Below, piece after piece: positions 1-13,000 of a DNA stretch of 64,000 nt. Source of the DNA: Auanema rhodensis (taxonomy: Eukaryota > Animalia > Nematoda); NCBI GenBank assembly GCA_964057225.1, contig OZ059899.1, positions 17,050,001 through 17,114,000 on the forward strand. Reading direction: 5' to 3'. The translations under genes and the position numbers were made by a program. Numbering within the stretch: the first letter of the stretch is position 1; each line of letters starts with the position of its first letter. The notes under the pieces are model-generated. The model made no database searches. It saw only the letters and a list, made by a program, of their open reading frames with translations, and was not told the DNA's origin.

Positions 1-33
1 GTTGAGTTTCCATGTACACTCAACATTGCTTCC

Positions 34-113
34 AAAAACATTTTGACAAAAATTTTTTCGAAAAATTTCAAAATAATTTCGCAAAAAGTAAATGTTTTTA
101 GATTCCTTTTTTT
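34..113. other. A/T-tract domain with nested dyads (per monomer)
   Basis: Alternating A and T runs. AAAAACATTT(34-43) pairs with AAATGTTTTT(90-99), ATTTTGA(40-46) pairs with TCAAAAT(68-74), and TTTTTCGAAAAA(54-65) is a palindrome. Confidence 0.85.
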
Positions 114-176
114 AAGGCAAAGACGATGGACAATGTTATTCAACGAAAAAATTAATTCTGCAGGGTGAAAATCGAG

Positions 177-198
177 GATATAAGTGTGAACTTATATC
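177..198. other. Perfect 9-bp inverted repeat with 4-nt spacer (per monomer)
   Basis: GATATAAGT-gtga-ACTTATATC. It overlaps a second dyad, ATATCA-gt-TGATAT. Confidence 0.92.
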
Positions 199-215
199 AG
201 TTGATATCTCGGTGA

Positions 216-266
216 ATTTTTAAGCTAGCGCAAATCTGATAACACAGATCGACGCAGCTTAAAAAT
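216..266. other. Imperfect inverted repeat (51-bp hairpin) in every monomer
   Basis: ATTTTTAAGCT(216-226) pairs with AGCTTAAAAAT(256-266). There is a 1-nt bulge, then GCG(228-230)/CGC(253-255), a 3x3 internal loop, ATCTG(234-238)/CAGAT(245-249) and a 6-nt loop. Confidence 0.92.
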
Positions 267-349
267 CCGCATCGAATGCACTATACAACATTGAGAAACG
301 CTTAATACAAAAATTAGTTATGATCGTTTGAAAAAAGACGCATTAGTGT

Positions 350-377
350 ATGTTGAGTTTCCATGTACACTCAACAT
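350..377. other. Perfect 9-bp inverted repeat with 10-nt spacer (per monomer)
   Basis: ATGTTGAGT(350-358)-ttccatgtac-ACTCAACAT(369-377). Confidence 0.92.
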
Positions 378-678
378 TGCTTCCAAAAACATTTTGACAA
401 AAATTTTTTCGAAAAATTTCAAAATAATTTCGCAAAAAGTAAATGTTTTTAGATTCCTTTTTTTAAGGCAAAGACGATGGACAATGTTATTCAACGAAAA
501 AATTAATTCTGCAGGGTGAAAATCGAGGATATAAGTGTGAACTTATATCAGTTGATATCTCGGTGCATTTTTAAGCTAGCGCAAATCTGATAACACAGAT
601 CGACGCAGCTTAAAAATCCGCATCGAATGCACTATACTACATTGAGAAACGCTCAATACAAAAATTAGTTATGATCGT

Positions 679-1029
679 TTGAAAAATGATGCATTAGTGT
701 ATGTTGAGTTTCCATGTACACTCAACATTGCTTCCAAAAACATTTTGACAAAAATTTTTTCGAAAAATTTCAGAATATTTTAGCAAAAAATAGTTGTTTT
801 TAGATTCCTTTTTTCAAGGCAAAGACGATGGACAATGTTATTCAACGAAAAAATTAATTCTGCAGGGTGAAAATCGAGGATATAAGTGTGAACTTATATC
901 AGTTGATATCTCGGTGAATTTTTAAGCTAGCGCAAATCTGATAACACAGATCGACGCAGCTTAAAAATCCGCATCGAATGCACTATACAACATTGAGAAA
1001 CGCTCAATACAAAAGTTAGTTATGATCGT
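679..1029. repeat. First subtype B monomer (about 35 in window)
   Basis: Reads TTCAGAATATTTTAGCAAAAAATAGTTG...TTCAAGG instead of TTCAAAATAATTTCGCAAAAAGTAAATG...TTTAAGG. This type accounts for nearly all gaps in the ORF track. Confidence 0.93.
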
Positions 1030-4000
1030 TTGGAAAATGATGCATTAGTGTATGTTGAGTTTCCATGTACACTCAACATTGCTTCCAAAAACATTTTGAC
1101 AAAAATTTTTTCGAAAAATTTCAGAATATTTTAGCAAAAAATAGTTGTTTTTAGATTCCTTTTCTCAAGGCAAAGACGATGGACAATGTTATTCAACGAA
1201 AAAATTAATTCTGCAGGGTGAAAATCGAGGATATAAGTGTGAACTTATATCAGTTGATATCTCGGTGCATTTTTAAGCTAGCGCAAATCTGATAACACAG
1301 ATCGACGCAGCTTAAAAATCCGCATCGAATGCACTATACAACATTGAGAAACGCTTAATACAAAAGTTAGTTATGATCGTTTGGAAAATGATGCATTAGT
1401 GTATGTTGAGTTTCCATGTACACTCAACATTGCTTCCAAAAACATTTTGACAAAAATTTTTTCGAAAAATTTCAAAATAATTTCGCAAAAAGTAAATGTT
1501 TTTAGATTCCTTTTTTTAAGGCAAAGACGATGGACAATGTTATTCAACGAAAAAATTAATTCTGCAGGGTGAAAATCGAGGATATAAGTGTGAACTTATA
1601 TCAGTTGATATCTCGGTGCATTTTTAAGCTAGCGCAAATCTGATAACACAGATCGACGCAGCTTAAAAATCCGCATCGAATGCACTATACTACATTGAGA
1701 AACGCTTAATACAAAAATTAGTTATGATCGTTTGAAAAATGATGCATTAGTGTATGTTGAGTTTCCATGTACACTCAACATTGCTTCCAAAAACATTTTG
1801 ACAAAAATTTTTTCGAAAAATTTCAAAATAATTTCGCAAAAAGTAAATGTTTTTAGATTCCTTTTTTTAAGGCAAAGACGATGGACAATGTTATTCAACG
1901 AAAAAATTAATTCTGCAGGGTGAAAATCGAGGATATAAGTGTGAACTTATATCAGTTGATATCTCGGTGCATTTTTAAGCTAGCGCAAATCTGATAACAC
2001 AGATCGACGCAGCTTAAAAATCCGCATCGAATGCACTATACTACATTGAGAAACGCTTAATACAAAAATTAGTTATGATCGTTTGAAAAATGATGCATTA
2101 GTGTATGTTGAGTTTCCATGTACACTCAACATTGCTTCCAAAAACATTTTGACAAAAATTTTTTCGAAAAATTTCAAAATAATTTCGCAAAAAGTAAATG
2201 TTTTTAGATTCCTTTTTTTAAGGCAAAGACGATGGACAATGTTATTCAACGAAAAAATTAATTCTGCAGGGTGAAAATCGAGGATATAAGTGTGAACTTA
2301 TATCAGTTGATATCTCGGTGAATTTTTAAGCTAGCGCAAATCTGATAACACAGATCGACGCAGCTTAAAAATCCGCATCGAATGCACTATACAACATTGA
2401 GAAACGCTTAATACAAAAATTAGTTATGATCGTTTGAAAAAAGACGCATTAGTGTATGTTGAGTTTCCATGTACACTCAACATTGCTTCCAAAAACATTT
2501 TGACAAAAATTTTTTCGAAAAATTTCAAAATAATTTCGCAAAAAGTAAATGTTTTTAGATTCCTTTTTTTAAGGCAAAGACGATGGACAATGTTATTCAA
2601 CGAAAAAATTAATTCTGCAGGGTGAAAATCGAGGATATAAGTGTGAACTTATATCAGTTGATATCTCGGTGCATTTTTAAGCTAGCGCAAATCTGATAAC
2701 ACAGATCGACGCAGCTTAAAAATCCGCATCGAATGCACTATACTACATTGAGAAACGCTTAATACAAAAATTAGTTATGATCGTTTGAAAAATGATGCAT
2801 TAGTGTATGTTGAGTTTCCATGTACACTCAACATTGCTTCCAAAAACATTTTGACAAAAATTTTTTCGAAAAATTTCAAAATAATTTCGCAAAAAGTAAA
2901 TGTTTTTAGATTCCTTTTTTTAAGGCAAAGACGATGGACAATGTTATTCAACGAAAAAATTAATTCTGCAGGGTGAAAATCGAGGATATAAGTGTGAACT
3001 TATATCAGTTGATATCTCGGTGAATTTTTAAGCTAGCGCAAATCTGATAACACAGATCGACGCAGCTTAAAAATCCGCATCGAATGCACTATACAACATT
3101 GAGAAACGCTTAATACAAAAATTAGTTATGATCGTTTGAAAAAAGACGCATTAGTGTATGTTGAGTTTCCATGTACACTCAACATTGCTTCCAAAAACAT
3201 TTTGACAAAAATTTTTTCGAAAAATTTCAAAATAATTTCGCAAAAAGTAAATGTTTTTAGATTCCTTTTTTTAAGGCAAAGACGATGGACAATGTTATTC
3301 AACGAAAAAATTAATTCTGCAGGGTGAAAATCGAGGATATAAGTGTGAACTTATATCAGTTGATATCTCGGTGCATTTTTAAGCTAGCGCAAATCTGATA
3401 ACACAGATCGACGCAGCTTAAAAATCCGCATCGAATGCACTATACAACATTGAGAAACGCTTAATACAAAAATTAGTTATGATCGTTTGAAAAAAGACGC
3501 ATTAGTGTATGTTGAGTTTCCATGTACACTCAACATTGCTTCCAAAAACATTTTGACAAAAATTTTTTCGAAAAATTTCAAAATAATTTCGCAAAAAGTA
3601 AATGTTTTTAGATTCCTTTTTTTAAGGCAAAGACGATGGACAATGTTATTCAACGAAAAAATTAATTCTGCAGGGTGAAAATCGAGGATATAAGTGTGAA
3701 CTTATATCAGTTGATATCTCGGTGCATTTTTAAGCTAGCGCAAATCTGATAACACAGATCGACGCAGCTTAAAAATCCGCATCGAATGCACTATACTACA
3801 TTGAGAAACGCTTAATACAAAAATTAGTTATGATCGTTTGAAAAATGATGCATTAGTGTATGTTGAGTTTCCATGTACACTCAACATTGCTTCCAAAAAC
3901 ATTTTGACAAAAATTTTTTCGAAAAATTTCAAAATAATTTCGCAAAAAGTAAATGTTTTTAGATTCCTTTTTTTAAGGCAAAGACGATGGACAATGTTAT

Positions 4001-7000
4001 TCAACGAAAAAATTAATTCTGCAGGGTGAAAATCGAGGATATAAGTGTGAACTTATATCAGTTGATATCTCGGTGAATTTTTAAGCTAGCGCAAATCTGA
4101 TAACACAGATCGACGCAGCTTAAAAATCCGCATCGAATGCACTATACAACATTGAGAAACGCTTAATACAAAAATTAGTTATGATCGTTTGAAAAAAGAC
4201 GCATTAGTGTATGTTGAGTTTCCATGTACACTCAACATTGCTTCCAAAAACATTTTGACAAAAATTTTTTCGAAAAATTTCAAAATAATTTCGCAAAAAG
4301 TAAATGTTTTTAGATTCCTTTTTTTAAGGCAAAGACGATGGACAATGTTATTCAACGAAAAAATTAATTCTGCAGGGTGAAAATCGAGGATATAAGTGTG
4401 AACTTATATCAGTTGATATCTCGGTGCATTTTTAAGCTAGCGCAAATCTGATAACACAGATCGACGCAGCTTAAAAATCCGCATCGAATGCACTATACTA
4501 CATTGAGAAACGCTCAATACAAAAATTAGTTATGATCGTTTGAAAAATGATGCATTAGTGTATGTTGAGTTTCCATGTACACTCAACATTGCTTCCAAAA
4601 ACATTTTGACAAAAATTTTTTCGAAAAATTTCAGAATATTTTAGCAAAAAATAGTTGTTTTTAGATTCCTTTTTTCAAGGCAAAGACGATGGACAATGTT
4701 ATTCAACGAAAAAATTAATTCTGCAGGGTGAAAATCGAGGATATAAGTGTGAACTTATATCAGTTGATATCTCGGTGAATTTTTAAGCTAGCGCAAATCT
4801 GATAACACAGATCGACGCAGCTTAAAAATCCGCATCGAATGCACTATACAACATTGAGAAACGCTCAATACAAAAGTTAGTTATGATCGTTTGGAAAATG
4901 ATGCATTAGTGTATGTTGAGTTTCCATGTACACTCAACATTGCTTCCAAAAACATTTTGACAAAAATTTTTTCGAAAAATTTCAGAATATTTTAGCAAAA
5001 AATAGTTGTTTTTAGATTCCTTTTCTCAAGGCAAAGACGATGGACAATGTTATTCAACGAAAAAATTAATTCTGCAGGGTGAAAATCGAGGATATAAGTG
5101 TGAACTTATATCAGTTGATATCTCGGTGCATTTTTAAGCTAGCGCAAATCTGATAACACAGATCGACGCAGCTTAAAAATCCGCATCGAATGCACTATAC
5201 AACATTGAGAAACGCTTAATACAAAAGTTAGTTATGATCGTTTGGAAAATGATGCATTAGTGTATGTTGAGTTTCCATGTACACTCAACATTGCTTCCAA
5301 AAACATTTTGACAAAAATTTTTTCGAAAAATTTCAAAATAATTTCGCAAAAAGTAAATGTTTTTAGATTCCTTTTTTTAAGGCAAAGACGATGGACAATG
5401 TTATTCAACGAAAAAATTAATTCTGCAGGGTGAAAATCGAGGATATAAGTGTGAACTTATATCAGTTGATATCTCGGTGCATTTTTAAGCTAGCGCAAAT
5501 CTGATAACACAGATCGACGCAGCTTAAAAATCCGCATCGAATGCACTATACTACATTGAGAAACGCTTAATACAAAAATTAGTTATGATCGTTTGAAAAA
5601 TGATGCATTAGTGTATGTTGAGTTTCCATGTACACTCAACATTGCTTCCAAAAACATTTTGACAAAAATTTTTTCGAAAAATTTCAAAATAATTTCGCAA
5701 AAAGTAAATGTTTTTAGATTCCTTTTTTTAAGGCAAAGACGATGGACAATGTTATTCAACGAAAAAATTAATTCTGCAGGGTGAAAATCGAGGATATAAG
5801 TGTGAACTTATATCAGTTGATATCTCGGTGAATTTTTAAGCTAGCGCAAATCTGATAACACAGATCGACGCAGCTTAAAAATCCGCATCGAATGCACTAT
5901 ACAACATTGAGAAACGCTTAATACAAAAATTAGTTATGATCGTTTGAAAAATGATGCATTAGTGTATGTTGAGTTTCCATGTACACTCAACATTGCTTCC
6001 AAAAACATTTTGACAAAAATTTTTTCGAAAAATTTCAAAATAATTTCGCAAAAAGTAAATGTTTTTAGATTCCTTTTTTTAAGGCAAAGACGATGGACAA
6101 TGTTATTCAACGAAAAAATTAATTCTGCAGGGTGAAAATCGAGGATATAAGTGTGAACTTATATCAGTTGATATCTCGGTGAATTTTTAAGCTAGCGCAA
6201 ATCTGATAACACAGATCGACGCAGCTTAAAAATCCGCATCGAATGCACTATACAACATTGAGAAACGCTTAATACAAAAATTAGTTATGATCGTTTGAAA
6301 AAAGACGCATTAGTGTATGTTGAGTTTCCATGTACACTCAACATTGCTTCCAAAAACATTTTGACAAAAATTTTTTCGAAAAATTTCAAAATAATTTCGC
6401 AAAAAGTAAATGTTTTTAGATTCCTTTTTTTAAGGCAAAGACGATGGACAATGTTATTCAACGAAAAAATTAATTCTGCAGGGTGAAAATCGAGGATATA
6501 AGTGTGAACTTATATCAGTTGATATCTCGGTGCATTTTTAAGCTAGCGCAAATCTGATAACACAGATCGACGCAGCTTAAAAATCCGCATCGAATGCACT
6601 ATACTACATTGAGAAACGCTCAATACAAAAATTAGTTATGATCGTTTGAAAAATGATGCATTAGTGTATGTTGAGTTTCCATGTACACTCAACATTGCTT
6701 CCAAAAACATTTTGACAAAAATTTTTTCGAAAAATTTCAGAATATTTTAGCAAAAAATAGTTGTTTTTAGATTCCTTTTTTCAAGGCAAAGACGATGGAC
6801 AATGTTATTCAACGAAAAAATTAATTCTGCAGGGTGAAAATCGAGGATATAAGTGTGAACTTATATCAGTTGATATCTCGGTGAATTTTTAAGCTAGCGC
6901 AAATCTGATAACACAGATCGACGCAGCTTAAAAATCCGCATCGAATGCACTATACAACATTGAGAAACGCTCAATACAAAAGTTAGTTATGATCGTTTGG

Positions 7001-10000
7001 AAAATGATGCATTAGTGTATGTTGAGTTTCCATGTACACTCAACATTGCTTCCAAAAACATTTTGACAAAAATTTTTTCGAAAAATTTCAGAATATTTTA
7101 GCAAAAAATAGTTGTTTTTAGATTCCTTTTCTCAAGGCAAAGACGATGGACAATGTTATTCAACGAAAAAATTAATTCTGCAGGGTGAAAATCGAGGATA
7201 TAAGTGTGAACTTATATCAGTTGATATCTCGGTGCATTTTTAAGCTAGCGCAAATCTGATAACACAGATCGACGCAGCTTAAAAATCCGCATCGAATGCA
7301 CTATACAACATTGAGAAACGCTTAATACAAAAGTTAGTTATGATCGTTTGGAAAATGATGCATTAGTGTATGTTGAGTTTCCATGTACACTCAACATTGC
7401 TTCCAAAAACATTTTGACAAAAATTTTTTCGAAAAATTTCAAAATAATTTCGCAAAAAGTAAATGTTTTTAGATTCCTTTTTTTAAGGCAAAGACGATGG
7501 ACAATGTTATTCAACGAAAAAATTAATTCTGCAGGGTGAAAATCGAGGATATAAGTGTGAACTTATATCAGTTGATATCTCGGTGCATTTTTAAGCTAGC
7601 GCAAATCTGATAACACAGATCGACGCAGCTTAAAAATCCGCATCGAATGCACTATACTACATTGAGAAACGCTTAATACAAAAATTAGTTATGATCGTTT
7701 GAAAAATGATGCATTAGTGTATGTTGAGTTTCCATGTACACTCAACATTGCTTCCAAAAACATTTTGACAAAAATTTTTTCGAAAAATTTCAAAATAATT
7801 TCGCAAAAAGTAAATGTTTTTAGATTCCTTTTTTTAAGGCAAAGACGATGGACAATGTTATTCAACGAAAAAATTAATTCTGCAGGGTGAAAATCGAGGA
7901 TATAAGTGTGAACTTATATCAGTTGATATCTCGGTGAATTTTTAAGCTAGCGCAAATCTGATAACACAGATCGACGCAGCTTAAAAATCCGCATCGAATG
8001 CACTATACAACATTGAGAAACGCTTAATACAAAAATTAGTTATGATCGTTTGAAAAAAGACGCATTAGTGTATGTTGAGTTTCCATGTACACTCAACATT
8101 GCTTCCAAAAACATTTTGACAAAAATTTTTTCGAAAAATTTCAAAATAATTTCGCAAAAAGTAAATGTTTTTAGATTCCTTTTTTTAAGGCAAAGACGAT
8201 GGACAATGTTATTCAACGAAAAAATTAATTCTGCAGGGTGAAAATCGAGGATATAAGTGTGAACTTATATCAGTTGATATCTCGGTGCATTTTTAAGCTA
8301 GCGCAAATCTGATAACACAGATCGACGCAGCTTAAAAATCCGCATCGAATGCACTATACAACATTGAGAAACGCTTAATACAAAAATTAGTTATGATCGT
8401 TTGAAAAAAGACGCATTAGTGTATGTTGAGTTTCCATGTACACTCAACATTGCTTCCAAAAACATTTTGACAAAAATTTTTTCGAAAAATTTCAAAATAA
8501 TTTCGCAAAAAGTAAATGTTTTTAGATTCCTTTTTTTAAGGCAAAGACGATGGACAATGTTATTCAACGAAAAAATTAATTCTGCAGGGTGAAAATCGAG
8601 GATATAAGTGTGAACTTATATCAGTTGATATCTCGGTGCATTTTTAAGCTAGCGCAAATCTGATAACACAGATCGACGCAGCTTAAAAATCCGCATCGAA
8701 TGCACTATACTACATTGAGAAACGCTTAATACAAAAATTAGTTATGATCGTTTGAAAAATGATGCATTAGTGTATGTTGAGTTTCCATGTACACTCAACA
8801 TTGCTTCCAAAAACATTTTGACAAAAATTTTTTCGAAAAATTTCAAAATAATTTCGCAAAAAGTAAATGTTTTTAGATTCCTTTTTTTAAGGCAAAGACG
8901 ATGGACAATGTTATTCAACGAAAAAATTAATTCTGCAGGGTGAAAATCGAGGATATAAGTGTGAACTTATATCAGTTGATATCTCGGTGAATTTTTAAGC
9001 TAGCGCAAATCTGATAACACAGATCGACGCAGCTTAAAAATCCGCATCGAATGCACTATACAACATTGAGAAACGCTTAATACAAAAATTAGTTATGATC
9101 GTTTGAAAAAAGACGCATTAGTGTATGTTGAGTTTCCATGTACACTCAACATTGCTTCCAAAAACATTTTGACAAAAATTTTTTCGAAAAATTTCAAAAT
9201 AATTTCGCAAAAAGTAAATGTTTTTAGATTCCTTTTTTTAAGGCAAAGACGATGGACAATGTTATTCAACGAAAAAATTAATTCTGCAGGGTGAAAATCG
9301 AGGATATAAGTGTGAACTTATATCAGTTGATATCTCGGTGCATTTTTAAGCTAGCGCAAATCTGATAACACAGATCGACGCAGCTTAAAAATCCGCATCG
9401 AATGCACTATACTACATTGAGAAACGCTCAATACAAAAATTAGTTATGATCGTTTGAAAAATGATGCATTAGTGTATGTTGAGTTTCCATGTACACTCAA
9501 CATTGCTTCCAAAAACATTTTGACAAAAATTTTTTCGAAAAATTTCAGAATATTTTAGCAAAAAATAGTTGTTTTTAGATTCCTTTTTTCAAGGCAAAGA
9601 CGATGGACAATGTTATTCAACGAAAAAATTAATTCTGCAGGGTGAAAATCGAGGATATAAGTGTGAACTTATATCAGTTGATATCTCGGTGAATTTTTAA
9701 GCTAGCGCAAATCTGATAACACAGATCGACGCAGCTTAAAAATCCGCATCGAATGCACTATACAACATTGAGAAACGCTCAATACAAAAGTTAGTTATGA
9801 TCGTTTGGAAAATGATGCATTAGTGTATGTTGAGTTTCCATGTACACTCAACATTGCTTCCAAAAACATTTTGACAAAAATTTTTTCGAAAAATTTCAGA
9901 ATATTTTAGCAAAAAATAGTTGTTTTTAGATTCCTTTTCTCAAGGCAAAGACGATGGACAATGTTATTCAACGAAAAAATTAATTCTGCAGGGTGAAAAT

Positions 10001-13000
10001 CGAGGATATAAGTGTGAACTTATATCAGTTGATATCTCGGTGCATTTTTAAGCTAGCGCAAATCTGATAACACAGATCGACGCAGCTTAAAAATCCGCAT
10101 CGAATGCACTATACAACATTGAGAAACGCTTAATACAAAAGTTAGTTATGATCGTTTGGAAAATGATGCATTAGTGTATGTTGAGTTTCCATGTACACTC
10201 AACATTGCTTCCAAAAACATTTTGACAAAAATTTTTTCGAAAAATTTCAAAATAATTTCGCAAAAAGTAAATGTTTTTAGATTCCTTTTTTTAAGGCAAA
10301 GACGATGGACAATGTTATTCAACGAAAAAATTAATTCTGCAGGGTGAAAATCGAGGATATAAGTGTGAACTTATATCAGTTGATATCTCGGTGCATTTTT
10401 AAGCTAGCGCAAATCTGATAACACAGATCGACGCAGCTTAAAAATCCGCATCGAATGCACTATACTACATTGAGAAACGCTTAATACAAAAATTAGTTAT
10501 GATCGTTTGAAAAATGATGCATTAGTGTATGTTGAGTTTCCATGTACACTCAACATTGCTTCCAAAAACATTTTGACAAAAATTTTTTCGAAAAATTTCA
10601 AAATAATTTCGCAAAAAGTAAATGTTTTTAGATTCCTTTTTTTAAGGCAAAGACGATGGACAATGTTATTCAACGAAAAAATTAATTCTGCAGGGTGAAA
10701 ATCGAGGATATAAGTGTGAACTTATATCAGTTGATATCTCGGTGCATTTTTAAGCTAGCGCAAATCTGATAACACAGATCGACGCAGCTTAAAAATCCGC
10801 ATCGAATGCACTATACTACATTGAGAAACGCTTAATACAAAAATTAGTTATGATCGTTTGAAAAATGATGCATTAGTGTATGTTGAGTTTCCATGTACAC
10901 TCAACATTGCTTCCAAAAACATTTTGACAAAAATTTTTTCGAAAAATTTCAGAATATTTTAGCAAAAAATAGTTGTTTTTAGATTCCTTTTTTCAAGGCA
11001 AAGACGATGGACAATGTTATTCAACGAAAAAATTAATTCTGCAGGGTGAAAATTGAGGATATAAGTGTGAACTTATATCAGTTGATATCTCGGTGAATTT
11101 TTAAGCTAGCGCAAATCTGATAACACAGATCGACGCAGCTTAAAAATCCGCATCGAATGCACTATACAACATTGAGAAACGCTCAATACAAAAGTTAGTT
11201 ATGATCGTTTGGAAAATGATGCATTAGTGTATGTTGAGTTTCCATGTACACTCAACATTGCTTCCAAAAACATTTTGACAAAAATTTTTTCGAAAAATTT
11301 CAGAATATTTTAGCAAAAAATAGTTGTTTTTAGATTCCTTTTCTCAAGGCAAAGACGATGGACAATGTTATTCAACGAAAAAATTAATTCTGCAGGGTGA
11401 AAATCGAGGATATAAGTGTGAACTTATATCAGTTGATATCTCGGTGCATTTTTAAGCTAGCGCAAATCTGATAACACAGATCGACGCAGCTTAAAAATCC
11501 GCATCGAATGCACTATACAACATTGAGAAACGCTTAATACAAAAGTTAGTTATGATCGTTTGGAAAATGATGCATTAGTGTATGTTGAGTTTCCATGTAC
11601 ACTCAACATTGCTTCCAAAAACATTTTGACAAAAATTTTTTCGAAAAATTTCAAAATAATTTCGCAAAAAGTAAATGTTTTTAGATTCCTTTTTTTAAGG
11701 CAAAGACGATGGACAATGTTATTCAACGAAAAAATTAATTCTGCAGGGTGAAAATCGAGGATATAAGTGTGAACTTATATCAGTTGATATCTCGGTGCAT
11801 TTTTAAGCTAGCGCAAATCTGATAACACAGATCGACGCAGCTTAAAAATCCGCATCGAATGCACTATACTACATTGAGAAACGCTTAATACAAAAATTAG
11901 TTATGATCGTTTGAAAAATGATGCATTAGTGTATGTTGAGTTTCCATGTACACTCAACATTGCTTCCAAAAACATTTTGACAAAAATTTTTTCGAAAAAT
12001 TTCAAAATAATTTCGCAAAAAGTAAATGTTTTTAGATTCCTTTTTTTAAGGCAAAGACGATGGACAATGTTATTCAACGAAAAAATTAATTCTGCAGGGT
12101 GAAAATCGAGGATATAAGTGTGAACTTATATCAGTTGATATCTCGGTGCATTTTTAAGCTAGCGCAAATCTGATAACACAGATCGACGCAGCTTAAAAAT
12201 CCGCATCGAATGCACTATACTACATTGAGAAACGCTTAATACAAAAATTAGTTATGATCGTTTGAAAAATGATGCATTAGTGTATGTTGAGTTTCCATGT
12301 ACACTCAACATTGCTTCCAAAAACATTTTGACAAAAATTTTTTCGAAAAATTTCAAAATAATTTCGCAAAAAGTAAATGTTTTTAGATTCCTTTTTTTAA
12401 GGCAAAGACGATGGACAATGTTATTCAACGAAAAAATTAATTCTGCAGGGTGAAAATCGAGGATATAAGTGTGAACTTATATCAGTTGATATCTCGGTGC
12501 ATTTTTAAGCTAGCGCAAATCTGATAACACAGATCGACGCAGCTTAAAAATCCGCATCGAATGCACTATACTACATTGAGAAACGCTTAATACAAAAATT
12601 AGTTATGATCGTTTGAAAAATGATGCATTAGTGTATGTTGAGTTTCCATGTACACTCAACATTGCTTCCAAAAACATTTTGACAAAAATTTTTTCGAAAA
12701 ATTTCAAAATAATTTCGCAAAAAGTAAATGTTTTTAGATTCCTTTTTTTAAGGCAAAGACGATGGACAATGTTATTCAACGAAAAAATTAATTCTGCAGG
12801 GTGAAAATCGAGGATATAAGTGTGAACTTATATCAGTTGATATCTCGGTGAATTTTTAAGCTAGCGCAAATCTGATAACACAGATCGACGCAGCTTAAAA
12901 ATCCGCATCGAATGCACTATACAACATTGAGAAACGCTTAATACAAAAATTAGTTATGATCGTTTGAAAAAAGACGCATTAGTGTATGTTGAGTTTCCAT

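Larger units (their letters stand above)
1..351. repeat. Reference monomer, subtype A (majority type)
   Basis: 110 G+C in 351 nt by hand count. Contains BsrGI TGTACA (13), BstBI TTCGAA (57), PstI CTGCAG (158), EcoRV GATATC (203) and NheI GCTAGC (224). Confidence 0.97.

Noticed and set aside
236-300. Hammerhead ribozyme as found in some animal satellites (CTGATAA...GAAAC)
   Set aside because: The core requires CUGANGA, but here it is CUGAUAA, and the CTGA lies inside another stem. I found no proper stems I-III. An Infernal search would settle it.
1-351. Tandem 5S rRNA, tRNA, snRNA or spliced-leader gene unit
   Set aside because: No recognisable conserved sequence, cloverleaf or leader motif on either strand.
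1-351. Monomer as a diverged dimer of about 175-bp subunits
   Set aside because: No visible similarity between halves. The repeated CAACATTG words are 265 bp apart.
1-351. Assignment to a named satellite family of similar size (e.g. Drosophila 359-bp or Tribolium satellites) or a CENP-B box
   Set aside because: Only length and AT-richness are similar. I do not recognise sequence homology or a complete CENP-B box, and a database search is needed.
328-519. 63-aa ORF repeated in most monomers
   Set aside because: It starts at TTG, and its K/F/I/N content merely reflects A/T runs. I recognise no domain. Most variants are non-synonymous, about 35 B units carry an in-frame TAG, and unit 40690 has an independent stop, so there is no sign of coding constraint.
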